Shown here piece after piece: positions 18,281 through 26,828 of a DNA stretch of 53,212 bases. How positions within the stretch are numbered: position 1 is the first letter of the stretch; each line of letters begins with the position of its first letter. Where the stretch lies: the NCBI GenBank assembly GCA_016210545.1, contig JACQTY010000032.1:1-53212 (forward strand), written 5' to 3'. The notes under the pieces were generated by a model that saw only the letters and a list, made by a program, of their open reading frames with translations, did no database searches and was not told the origin of the DNA. A program made the position numbers and the translations under genes. The DNA is from Chloroflexota bacterium (lineage in GTDB: Bacteria; Chloroflexota; Dehalococcoidia; JACVQG01).

Positions 18281-19225
18281 TCACGCAGAAAGTTTGTTGA
18301 TGGCCGCTTTGACGTCTTCCACGGTCCTGGGATGGCGCAGCACGATGACGTTGGCGCCGGCATTGAGCAAGCCTATGGCCGTGATCTTCTCCCAGAGGAT
18401 GGCCCGCTGCTCCTGTTCGCCCCAGGACTGGGGCACGCCTGCAGTGGCCTTGGACTCCTTCTGCCGCCAGGACTCCTCGCCCGCGGTACAGATCATGGGC
18501 GGGGAGGTCATTTTGTCGCCCATCAGAGCGGTGATCCGGAGTCGCTCCATTACCGAGTAGGTATATTCCAGTCCGTAGCCCAGGGCGCCGGTGGTCGGGT
18601 CCATGAGGATCGCGTCCAGAGGCAGGCCCAGGTCGCTGAGCAGGATGTTGAGTTGCTTGGCCAGGTTCATGTCGATAGGCGTCTTGGCGATGGCGACGTG
18701 GCCGTCGGCCAGACAGGTAGCGCCAATAGTGCGGTAGTTCTTGTCCAGACAATCGCCCAGGCCCAGACGCTGTCCGCGGCCCACCTCGGAAGCGGCTACC
18801 AGCACCTCATTGTCCTTCTGGGCCACTTCAGGCCCCAGGACGATGACCGGCAGGTCAACCGCGGCGAGGACGGCCGCTACGACCTTCCTGGCGTGGTCAG
18901 CGCCGGTATTGCCCTCTTCAGGGTGGGCGCTGCGCAAACGGAGGGAAATGAGGTCGGCGCCGTATTCGGCGGCCTTCTTGGCCCAGGCAGCCGGGTCCTG
19001 GAGGACGTTGCCCCAGGCTTTCACCAGCGGCTCGGCCCAGCCTTGCGGCGGCTGGTCCACTACTTCTATGGCCACAGCCGGGCGATGGGGGATATTCCCT
19101 TCGAACTTGAGGAATGGCAGGGTGTTTTCGCCGCCGACCACCAGTTCCTTGCGCCCGCCGGCGCCTCCCAACTTGACCTGGTGGACCTGGCCGTTCCACT
19201 TTTCCACCGGTATTTCGACTGGCAT
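18281..19225 (-). CDS. acsD: corrinoid iron-sulfur protein small subunit (CFeSP delta)
   Basis: 314 aa. VKLGG...VVGGENTLPFLKFEG resembles the AcsD/CdhD N-terminus. SD AAAGGAG. Adjacent to acsC and acsB. Confidence 0.85.
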   Translation of the reverse strand: MPVEIPVEKWNGQVHQVKLGGAGGRKELVVGGENTLPFLKFEGNIPHRPAVAIEVVDQPPQGWAEPLVKAWGNVLQDPAAWAKKAAEYGADLISLRLRSAHPEEGNTGADHARKVVAAVLAAVDLPVIVLGPEVAQKDNEVLVAASEVGRGQRLGLGDCLDKNYRTIGATCLADGHVAIAKTPIDMNLAKQLNILLSDLGLPLDAILMDPTTGALGYGLEYTYSVMERLRITALMGDKMTSPPMICTAGEESWRQKESKATAGVPQSWGEQEQRAILWEKITAIGLLNAGANVIVLRHPRTVEDVKAAINKLSA

Positions 19226-19506
19226 GAGACTCCTTTCTCACTCACGAGGGATTTGCCGAACTGTCATTCTGAACGAAGTGAAGAATCTGGGGAGGCGCCG
19301 TTCCGTACCTGGATACCCCTCTCTACCCCAGACCCTTCGCTCTGCTCAGGGTGACAGTGAGAGCGCTCTCGGGGAAAGCCCGCTTGCGACTCACGCACCT
19401 TCCTGCAACAGATTCAGAGGGGATACGCCCCTCTGGGGACCCCCTTTATGCCAAAACATCAAACAGGGCCGACTTGTCGGCCCTGTTGGTTCCAAATACT
19501 ATTTGG

Positions 19507-21732
19507 TTACTGCAGGATGGCGTCCATCGCCAGCGCCGGGTGCCCCTTCTCCTGGAGCCAGGGCACCAACTGCTCGACGGTGGTGCAAATGGTGCCATCG
19601 GCGATCTTGTCCATGAGGTCGGGGACGCCCTCCCGCTCGCACACTTCCTTCAGCTCCTCGGCCATCTCCTCCTTGAGGTTCTTGGACAGCCACACCACCC
19701 GCTTGATGCCGCCTTCTTTGGAGATGAACTTCTTGCTCAGGATGTAGAACTTGCCGTGGCCCATCATGCCCGGCGTCTGTAGGCCGCCGCCCACGGTACC
19801 CATGAGGCTGGTGAAGGTCATGCCGGACGGGGTCTGCCCATAGTCGTCGCGAGACACTATCATCACGCCGTTGGTCTCGGGCAGCAATACCATTACGCAC
19901 TCGCAGCAGCCGCAGGTCGTCATGGGGGCGTCCATCAGCGAGTACAGGGTCATGCGCTGCACCGCCATGTTGGTGTGCTCGTAAACGAACTTGTTGGACC
20001 CCTCCCACTCGCCCTTCGAGGCGTCTACCACAGCGCCCTTGGGCACCGGCTGGTTGGGACCCCTGGGGTTGATCTCATAGGAAGCCCGGCAGTCCAGCCA
20101 GTTGTAAGCGCCGCACAGCCCCACCCGTTCCGGATTGATGACGCAGATATGGGTGGGGGCGAAGGACTGGCACAGCGAGCAGCTATAATACGTGTCCACC
20201 GCCTCATCGGTGAGGTTGGCGGTACGCACGTTGCGCTCCTGGTAGACCACCCTGGCTTGCTCCAGAAGGTCCTTGACCTTGGCCGGGTCGGTGTACAGGG
20301 TTATCTGAATCTTGTCCACGATAGCGCCGAACTGGTTGTGGAAAGCGGCGTGCAATATGTCTCCAATGTTCTTGATATGGAAGCCCTTGCTCACCGCCGA
20401 CTTACTGAAGCGGATCCAGGTTATGTCGCGCTGGCCCATGTGCTGGATACCCTCGGCGCCATTGGTGAAGTGGTGGATCTGCCTTTCCAGCACGGGCTCG
20501 AAGTCCTTGTTCATCTTGCGACCGGCGACATCGACCATGATGGCCAGGGGCATCTTGGACCCCATCGGGGCGTCGTCGAGTTCCGGGCCGACCACGGTTA
20601 TCTTGCCGTCCTCGACCTCATCCAGGTTCTTTGTCTGCAACCATTCGAAGGCCATGCCACCCTTGCCGCCGAACTCTACCCGCAGGTTCTCCTTGCGGAC
20701 AACCTCGCCCTCGAAGGCCGGGCCGTAGGCGACGGGGATCTTGATCTGGGCGACCTTGATCTTGATGCCTCGAATTTCGATGCAGCGCTGCACCAGCCTC
20801 TCGGCCTTCTCCAGGTCGTCCTTGCCGGCGATATCATCGAAGGGGAGGCTCACCACGTGCTCATACTTGGTAACGCCCGTAGGCAGGATGTTGGGGATGG
20901 CGGTATCGGCGATGACGGGGAAGCCATAGTTGATGGCGCCGGCGGCGGTGGCATACTTCAGGTCGTCCACCGGACCCAGCGCCAGGGCGAAGGCGAAGCA
21001 GCGGAACTTGTTGTACAGCAGGTTGGCCCGGGCATCGCCCGCTTTGAACCCGCCGAAGCTGATGCCGGCGCGGGTGGCGTAGCCCAGGGCGTAGATGGCC
21101 GAGACGGTGTCCGTGCCGAAGGTCACGGTGAAGGTATCGTAACCCAACTCCACGCCCGACTCCAGCAACTGGTCGATGATGGAGCGGCCCTTGTTGTTGC
21201 CGATGAGGAAGACGAGCTGTCCCTTGGACTGAAGCTCACGGACGATCTTGACGGCGACCTCGTTGCTCTTGGCGGCGCCGATGATAGCGGCGAAACCGGG
21301 CATGCGGCCGTCCACCATCTGGATGCCCCAGGCCCTCATCTGCACGTCGTCGATGGGGCCGTTGAGCTTGTAGCCGTTCCTGACCTCCGGCTGCTCCCCC
21401 TTGGCCCAGCGCACGCCCTCGATTATCTCTTCGGCATAGAGGGTAGCCATGCCGGCGTCCAGCGTCTCACCCAGGTAGGGCAGCCACAGGTTGCCGCGAG
21501 GCACCGGGGGCAGCAGGTCTTTGGCGTGCTGCAGAGGCCAGTTCAAATCAGAGAGCTTCTGGACCTTGTGGGCGGTCAGACCGTAGATCACGGGGAGAAA
21601 ATAGGTGGTATTGGGGAAGGCGACCGGCGTATCCGGGCCGAGTTTCTGGACCGCGTCCGTCAGGAGCTTGTCGGCCTCATCAACGATGGCGCGGGCGCCG
21701 CGGATGGCGGCAGTGGCGATAAATCTAGACAT
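19507..21732 (-). CDS. acsB: acetyl-CoA synthase catalytic subunit (A-cluster)
   Basis: 741 aa, the length and collinearity of bacterial AcsB. A-cluster Cys motifs (CSLCQSFAPTHIC, MTTCGCCEC). SD GAGGAGG. Confidence 0.9.
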   Translation of the reverse strand: MSRFIATAAIRGARAIVDEADKLLTDAVQKLGPDTPVAFPNTTYFLPVIYGLTAHKVQKLSDLNWPLQHAKDLLPPVPRGNLWLPYLGETLDAGMATLYAEEIIEGVRWAKGEQPEVRNGYKLNGPIDDVQMRAWGIQMVDGRMPGFAAIIGAAKSNEVAVKIVRELQSKGQLVFLIGNNKGRSIIDQLLESGVELGYDTFTVTFGTDTVSAIYALGYATRAGISFGGFKAGDARANLLYNKFRCFAFALALGPVDDLKYATAAGAINYGFPVIADTAIPNILPTGVTKYEHVVSLPFDDIAGKDDLEKAERLVQRCIEIRGIKIKVAQIKIPVAYGPAFEGEVVRKENLRVEFGGKGGMAFEWLQTKNLDEVEDGKITVVGPELDDAPMGSKMPLAIMVDVAGRKMNKDFEPVLERQIHHFTNGAEGIQHMGQRDITWIRFSKSAVSKGFHIKNIGDILHAAFHNQFGAIVDKIQITLYTDPAKVKDLLEQARVVYQERNVRTANLTDEAVDTYYSCSLCQSFAPTHICVINPERVGLCGAYNWLDCRASYEINPRGPNQPVPKGAVVDASKGEWEGSNKFVYEHTNMAVQRMTLYSLMDAPMTTCGCCECVMVLLPETNGVMIVSRDDYGQTPSGMTFTSLMGTVGGGLQTPGMMGHGKFYILSKKFISKEGGIKRVVWLSKNLKEEMAEELKEVCEREGVPDLMDKIADGTICTTVEQLVPWLQEKGHPALAMDAILQ

Positions 21733-22011
21733 CCAGTATCCTCCTCAGTAATTGTACAAAAACGTGTACGCTTGGCATTCTTCATCTCCTCTCCCCTCCG
21801 AGGGAGAGGGGAGACGTGTGCAACCCAAACCCGGACGAGCCGGACCCAATCATCGGTGCCACGTCATGTCATTCCAGCGTCCCGACGAGTCGGGAGAATC
21901 CAGGCCCTCGCAATCTCTTCTGGATTCTGGCCTTCGCCAGAATGACAATTAAGCGGGCGTTTTCTTTTCATTTCGCGCAAGACTTCAGTCCTAAGCGCCT
22001 AAGTAGGCGCG

Positions 22012-22515
22012 CTAGTAGCGGCGGAAATCACCGGTCATCTTGGCATCCATCGGGTCAGTAGCGGCCATCCGGCTGGCGTTATTGAAACCGGCGTTAGGGG
22101 TCTTCCTCTGGATAGGCAGCACACCGTTCTGCGCCGAGCGCAGCAGACGCAAAGCCTGGGCCAGGTGGGCCTCCTCGCCGTGAACGGTGACGAGGACGCC
22201 GCCGGTAGTCAGGCCGAACTCATAATAGGAATAGGTCTCCGGGCTGGCCCCGATGGCTTTGGCCAGCGCCTTGCCGGCGTCTTCCTTCTCCGCGGCCAGG
22301 TCTTTGGCCAGGGCGCCCAGCGCCGTGACCTCGCCGACCCTGGGCAGGGTGACCTCGGCGGTCTTGGAGCCGACGAGGGAGAGCAGGCGGCGGCCGTCCT
22401 TGAGGCGCATGAGCAGGCCGATCTCCTCCTGCTTATAGCCCTTGGCCAGAAGCTCGCCTATAGCTTTTGTGGCGCTTTCGGGGTCGCGAAAGAGCCTGGC
22501 GATGGTTTTTGTCAT
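22012..22515 (-). CDS. hypothetical protein with YflT/general-stress-17M-like N-terminus
   Basis: 167 aa. The N-terminal pattern (F.D.ESA.KAI.EL...GY..EEI) recalls the stress-protein family. No catalytic motif seen. Confidence 0.4.
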   Translation of the reverse strand: MTKTIARLFRDPESATKAIGELLAKGYKQEEIGLLMRLKDGRRLLSLVGSKTAEVTLPRVGEVTALGALAKDLAAEKEDAGKALAKAIGASPETYSYYEFGLTTGGVLVTVHGEEAHLAQALRLLRSAQNGVLPIQRKTPNAGFNNASRMAATDPMDAKMTGDFRRY

Positions 22516-22795
22516 GGGGGGACTCCTTAACTACAGATTCAGCCTGCATTGCATGACCCAAGACGAGGTAACACTATTGTAAGCAGGACACCGAAGTTAT
22601 TTTAGCATCAGGTAGAGGGAGAGTCAAACAAGGGGGGGTGCGCGACGGGGGACGGTGGGAGGGCCGGTTGTCCGTACACCACCAACTTTTGGAGAAAGGT
22701 GCGCCCTTGGAGGTGGAAGCCTCTATCGAGTGCTCGGCGCTCTGGAGATAAGAGCTACGGGATCCCCTGTTGTTGAAGCCAGATTGCCTGATGAT

Positions 22796-22824
22796 TTCAC
22801 AAACGTGGCGACTTATGCTAATAT
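22796..22824 (+). promoter_or_regulatory. extended -10 promoter TTCACA-17-(TGc)TAATAT for the unknown two-gene operon
   Basis: TTCACA 22796-22801, 17-nt spacer ending in TGC, TAATAT 22819-22824. GAGGTG SD lies 9 nt before ATG 22886. Confidence 0.55.
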
Positions 22825-22885
22825 TTGGGCAAGATTAACGGCCAATCCGCGTGGAGAGAGCCACACGGCATGAGGTGCAGCAACA

Positions 22886-23992
22886 ATGAACCGCATGGAC
22901 TTTACATATCTATTTTACGATCAAGTTCGGGGCCGGGATAGTCTCTTTGCGGGGCTGGATGCGCTGCAGGGGACTGAGCCTCACAAGTTGACCATGGTTC
23001 CGTACGGCAGCGATTGCGCCCCAAGTGAATGCTTCAAATCCGATGCAAGAAACAGAAGCTTTGAACTAGTTCGGGACTCTGGGGAAGTGTGGCTTTTCAA
23101 GTTGCTTTTCAAGCCTGCGAAGGGAAGCGGAAACGAGGACGCACTAGAAGGGTCCTTCTTTGTCTCCGCCCACCCCACTCTTTCAAAGGTATTCTTGGTC
23201 ACGACGATCGAGCCTGTTGATTTTGTCCGTAGGGCTCTCATGCCGTTTATTAGGCGAAAGCGGGCTCAAATCTATCTCACGTTTGTGAAACACGATGACC
23301 TCCGTAGATTGCTGCAAGAATTCCGCAGGAACAACGCATACACAGACCTGAGAGTGGTTCGGGCTTCGTCGGTTAGCCGCTTCGGCGCAGAGAAGGGCGA
23401 AGCCATGATTCCATCTGTCAGTTGGCCTGGACTTGGGCTGGAGCAAGCGTTTCTTTATGCGGAGGAGCAGAACGGCTGGTTTAGATCCCTAACGTTCGAG
23501 GCCCTGAAAGACTCCAGAGTGCTGGGCGAAACCACCGTGTACAGGAACGGCGTGACAAAAACTGACGGTGGTTTCTCGGGGGTTTACCGGGGTCTCATTT
23601 CACCCATATGTGAGTTGGTGGGTAGCAACCTAGAGCTTTTCGCGAAACGCGGCAGGCGCGAGAATCCACATTTGGCTGTGAGGCCACTCACGATTGAATT
23701 CCCAAAAGAACAGTTTTCGAAGGTTGAAGAAAACGCCCGGTTTATCAGCGCTGTCCGCAAGCTTGATAATGCTTCTATATCTGTGATTCACGGCAATCCC
23801 TATATAGCCTTGTCCGTCGTCGACTACACCGACGGGAGTACGTTCGACTTGTGGGTTTTGAATCCCCGCGAGGTTGTCATTGTTCCCCAGTTGAAAAGCA
23901 CTGTCCTTGGAATAAAGCGGCTGATCAGCTGCGTTTTCGATAATTATGCTGAGGGATTGATACGAGAGTTTTCGGCGGCAGGAGCGGTGTAG
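22886..23992 (+). CDS. hypothetical protein (368 aa), no recognisable domain; gene A of a foreign two-gene operon
   Basis: Long ORF with its own SD. Codon usage is rich in AGA/AGG, TTG and A/T-ending codons, unlike the flanking genes. No P-loop, TM helix or metal motif seen. Confidence 0.7.
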   Translation: MNRMDFTYLFYDQVRGRDSLFAGLDALQGTEPHKLTMVPYGSDCAPSECFKSDARNRSFELVRDSGEVWLFKLLFKPAKGSGNEDALEGSFFVSAHPTLSKVFLVTTIEPVDFVRRALMPFIRRKRAQIYLTFVKHDDLRRLLQEFRRNNAYTDLRVVRASSVSRFGAEKGEAMIPSVSWPGLGLEQAFLYAEEQNGWFRSLTFEALKDSRVLGETTVYRNGVTKTDGGFSGVYRGLISPICELVGSNLELFAKRGRRENPHLAVRPLTIEFPKEQFSKVEENARFISAVRKLDNASISVIHGNPYIALSVVDYTDGSTFDLWVLNPREVVIVPQLKSTVLGIKRLISCVFDNYAEGLIREFSAAGAV

Positions 23993-25038
23993 TGACCTCG
24001 GACGACTTACGCCGATTGATACGGGACAAAGAGAAAGTAATCCGCGACCAAATTGACGACTACACCGATACTGTGTACGCCATCCTGGGATTTTGCAGCA
24101 TGTGGTTGTTCGATCCGGCGACGCGGGCTGACAGGCCAAATGTGAAAGTGTTCCAGGGTCGGCATCTTTCGCCAAGGGGAAATGAGGCTCAAGCAGTTGT
24201 AACTCCGGATCTCGGCATAGTAATGCGTGAAGAGACCGGAATTCTGGGCGAAGTGAAGAAGAATTTTCCCAGGGATGGCGAACTGCGCAAAAAAGACATA
24301 TTCGACCAGCTCAAGTCATATGATCAGCAAATGACAGGGTGGCCCACTCAAGACGAGCAACTTAGGCGTCACGACATAGCGCTGCTTGTACATCAAACAA
24401 CATCGCGCTCGGCAAGCGACTACCTAGCCGCAGAAACCCGTGCGGGCAGACTCAAATTCGACCGCTCGCTTGGCATATTTGAATTCAATCGGTCGGACCA
24501 GCGGATCCCCTACTTCTTCTTTAGGCTTGTCGAAGGGCAAGCAAGCGAAGTGTTAGGTACCATTGATGTTCGCCAAGGGGTTCAAGTGCCCATGCAGGCA
24601 CTACTTGAGTCATACTCCAGAAGCAAGTTGTATGATGCCAAACCGCCTCAGCCGTATCTCTTGCATCTGATATGGGAGAACGTCGTCGTACCAATTGCAT
24701 CCCAAGACGAACGCTTTTCTCGGCTTCGGCGGAACCAGACGATAGAGGTTAGCCTAACTGTGGAGGACATCGTGGAGAGACTTCACGAGAGTTTTTCCTT
24801 CTTGCACTGGCACAGAGGCTATCCCAATAGGCAACCACATATTCCAAAGAGTGAATGGATCGGGGAAGCTTGCCAGGCCATGGTGGACGTGGGAGAAGCG
24901 AAGTGGGTAACTGGAGGCTCCCAGGTGGTCGTGTCCTACCGTAAGTATGACGATGTCTTGAAGCATTTTGTTGACTCACAGGCTGAATTGGAAGCAAAGT
25001 CAGATCAACAGCCGAGGCTCTTTAACAACAATGGTTGA
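23992..25038 (+). CDS. hypothetical protein (348 aa) with a PD-(D/E)XK nuclease-like motif; gene B
   Basis: GTG start overlaps the gene A stop (TAGTG). AVVTPDLGIVMREETGILGEVKK (P72-D73 ... E87-V88-K89; nt 24205-24258) has the spacing and hydrophobic-strand context of PD-(D/E)XK. Same atypical codon usage as gene A. Confidence 0.65.
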   Translation: MTSDDLRRLIRDKEKVIRDQIDDYTDTVYAILGFCSMWLFDPATRADRPNVKVFQGRHLSPRGNEAQAVVTPDLGIVMREETGILGEVKKNFPRDGELRKKDIFDQLKSYDQQMTGWPTQDEQLRRHDIALLVHQTTSRSASDYLAAETRAGRLKFDRSLGIFEFNRSDQRIPYFFFRLVEGQASEVLGTIDVRQGVQVPMQALLESYSRSKLYDAKPPQPYLLHLIWENVVVPIASQDERFSRLRRNQTIEVSLTVEDIVERLHESFSFLHWHRGYPNRQPHIPKSEWIGEACQAMVDVGEAKWVTGGSQVVVSYRKYDDVLKHFVDSQAELEAKSDQQPRLFNNNG

Positions 25039-25201
25039 AGGGCGCAGCGCAGTTGAGACGCCGTTCGTGTGCCAGCTTTGTGGCTCCAGTGATCCTCACC
25101 TAGTGCGGTTCTGTCCAACTTCAAATACGAAAGCATTCCCGCCGCCCTCTCCGCCCGCGCTGCGTACTGCAACGGCGCTGAACCTCGGAAGCCCGCGGGA
25201 T

Positions 25202-25411
25202 TCAAGGGTGCGACACCTCAACCTGGACCATCTCCTCTTCCGCCTTTGGTTCCAACGGCGTGCTGAGCATGTCCTCGGCGCCGATTCTCAGCGATTCGAT
25301 TAGTTCCTCCCCGCTTCTTTCCTGGGCGTTCACGCCCGGCAAGTCCACCAACCAGCCTATCCACCAGCCATCGCCCTTCTTGATGACAGCCCGGAACTGC
25401 ATGGATTTCAC
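25202..25411 (-). CDS. HicB-like antitoxin, orphan (no hicA partner)
   Basis: 69 aa. FRAVIKKGDGWWIGWLVDLPGVNAQERSGEELIESL fits the HicB/UPF0150 pattern. The upstream region is REP sequence only. Confidence 0.65.
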   Translation of the reverse strand: MKSMQFRAVIKKGDGWWIGWLVDLPGVNAQERSGEELIESLRIGAEDMLSTPLEPKAEEEMVQVEVSHP

Positions 25412-25571
25412 CCTCCCTATTTGGGAAAAGGGACATCCAGGTCCCTGTAGGGGCGACCCTTGTGGTCGCCCAGGGCAGGCACGAGACCTGCCCCTACGGA
25501 CGGGGGTCTCCCCCGCTGCATCATGACGCGTTCTACGCGGCAGTTAGCTCCTAGGCTGGCTGTACCGCGGT

Positions 25572-25712
25572 CTATTGCGGCCAGTTCTCTATTGTGGCCC
25601 TCTCCCATTCCTTGTTGAGCGCGGCGTCCTCTTCACGCGCAGCCTTGTAGCCTTCAATGAGGGCCTGTGTGAGATGTTCCTGTTCCAATTTGTTCAGTTT
25701 CTCCGTGTCCAT
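25572..25712 (-). CDS. small hypothetical protein (46 aa), antitoxin-like helical peptide
   Basis: Internal ATG 25712 of track ORF 25572..25778, preceded by GGGGTGG. The charged helical sequence LTQALIEGYKAAREEDAALNKEWE recalls small antitoxins. Weak call. Confidence 0.3.
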   Translation of the reverse strand: MDTEKLNKLEQEHLTQALIEGYKAAREEDAALNKEWERATIENWPQ

Positions 25713-25847
25713 CAGCCACCCCCCGCTGGAGACCACTTCCAATTTACTTGTTATCTCTACTCGCAGCAAGGGTAACAAGTTCGCATGGGGTTGGTCAAAT
25801 GACGGGGTGGTTCAGTGGCCGGTCATTGATGGGTCGAAAACCCCCTC

Positions 25848-25869
25848 GCCCCCTTTGCGTAAAGGGGGC
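25848..25869. repeat. representative CCCCCTTT-N4-AAAGGGGG hairpin
   Basis: GCCCCCTTT-GCGT-AAAGGGGGC. Related copies are at 13817-13833, 16002-16016, 16641-16659, 25996-26014 and 35053-35072. Confidence 0.8.
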
Positions 25870-26108
25870 AACGGGGGCCCAAGCAATGCCAGACTTCCCG
25901 TGTGCAAGGAGAAGGCTTTCCTGGCAGCCCGTCCCGCCAGGAAACAAAGGCGTAACACGGGCGATTCACGAATCGCCCCTACGGAATCCCCCTGGCCCCC
26001 TTTAATAAAGGGGGGGACCAGCCCGCTTTGGCGGACTGGCCGGGAGATTCAGCCGTCAATTTCCGCAAAAACTGCACCTGCCCCTATCTGTCGGGGCACA
26101 AAAACGCC

Positions 26109-26137
26109 TTGACACAGATTTCACGAAACCGTATAAT
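26109..26137 (+). promoter_or_regulatory. perfect consensus sigma70 promoter TTGACA-17-TATAAT upstream of the glutamate synthase operon
   Basis: TTGACA 26109-26114, 17-nt spacer, TATAAT 26132-26137. About 217 nt lie between it and the first start codon (26355). Confidence 0.7.
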
Positions 26138-26354
26138 GAAACATGCTTTGTCGGCAAACGGTTGCCGATGTCGTCTGGTCGGTTCGGAGGGTGCTGGAAA
26201 AGTCCTAATCAACCCCCTAAATCCCCCAATCTCATTCGGCAAGCTCAGGGCAGGCTTGGGGGAGTGGGGATTCTGTCCCGATATATCGGGAAGACCCCCG
26301 TCCCCGATTTATCGGGGAACCTCTTTTTCGGCATCTCGTTTGTGTGGAGGCCCT

Positions 26355-26828
26355 ATGAAACGTATTTATCCCCGGGAAGAGGTCTGCATCGGCTGCCGCC
26401 TGTGCGAGGTCCACTGCCTGGTGGCCCATTCCAAATCAAAGGACATCATCAAGGCGTACAAGCGGGAGACGCCCCGGGCCGTGCCCCGCATCCGCCTGGA
26501 GGCCAGGGGGCCTGTCTCCTTCGCCCTCAATTGCCGCCACTGCGAAGAGCCGTCGTGCGTCCAGGCATGCCTCACCGGCGCTCTCAAGAAGGACCCCGAT
26601 ACCGGTATAGTTACCGTAGATACCGAGAAGTGCGTCGGCTGCTGGACCTGCGTCCTCTTCTGCCAATATGGCGCCATCACCCCCGATGTGGAGCGCGGCA
26701 AGATAGCCAAGTGCGATTTCTGCATGCATCTCAAGGAGCCGGCCTGCGTGGCCAACTGCCCCAACGAGGCCCTGCTCCTGGTAGAGGAAACCCCGGAGAA
26801 GCCGCCTAAGGAGCCTGCCCATGCCTGA
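26355..26828 (+). CDS. 4Fe-4S polyferredoxin (DmsB/NrfC-like) of the glutamate-synthase-type operon
   Basis: Track ORF 26028..26828; real start is ATG 26355 after GGAGG. Cluster motifs CIGCRLCEVHC, CRHCEEPSCVQAC, CVGCWTCVLFC, CDFC..ACVANCP. Confidence 0.8.
   Translation: MKRIYPREEVCIGCRLCEVHCLVAHSKSKDIIKAYKRETPRAVPRIRLEARGPVSFALNCRHCEEPSCVQACLTGALKKDPDTGIVTVDTEKCVGCWTCVLFCQYGAITPDVERGKIAKCDFCMHLKEPACVANCPNEALLLVEETPEKPPKEPAHA

Noticed and set aside
19975-21945. 656-aa plus-strand ORF
   Set aside because: Antisense to acsB, which has unambiguous ACS motifs and a strong SD. Its composition is shadow-ORF-like.
25417-26354. Track ORFs 25417..25608, 25657..26112, 25748..26005 and the N-terminal 109 codons of 26028..26828
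   Set aside because: They are translations of stacked palindromic repeat elements and of the promoter/leader. The real ferredoxin gene starts at ATG 26355 behind GGAGG.
26138-26354. Glutamine or other known riboswitch in the glutamate synthase leader
   Set aside because: I could not match the glnA-RNA consensus or any other riboswitch core by eye, and most of the leader is REP-type hairpins. It is left as an Rfam-scan suggestion only.
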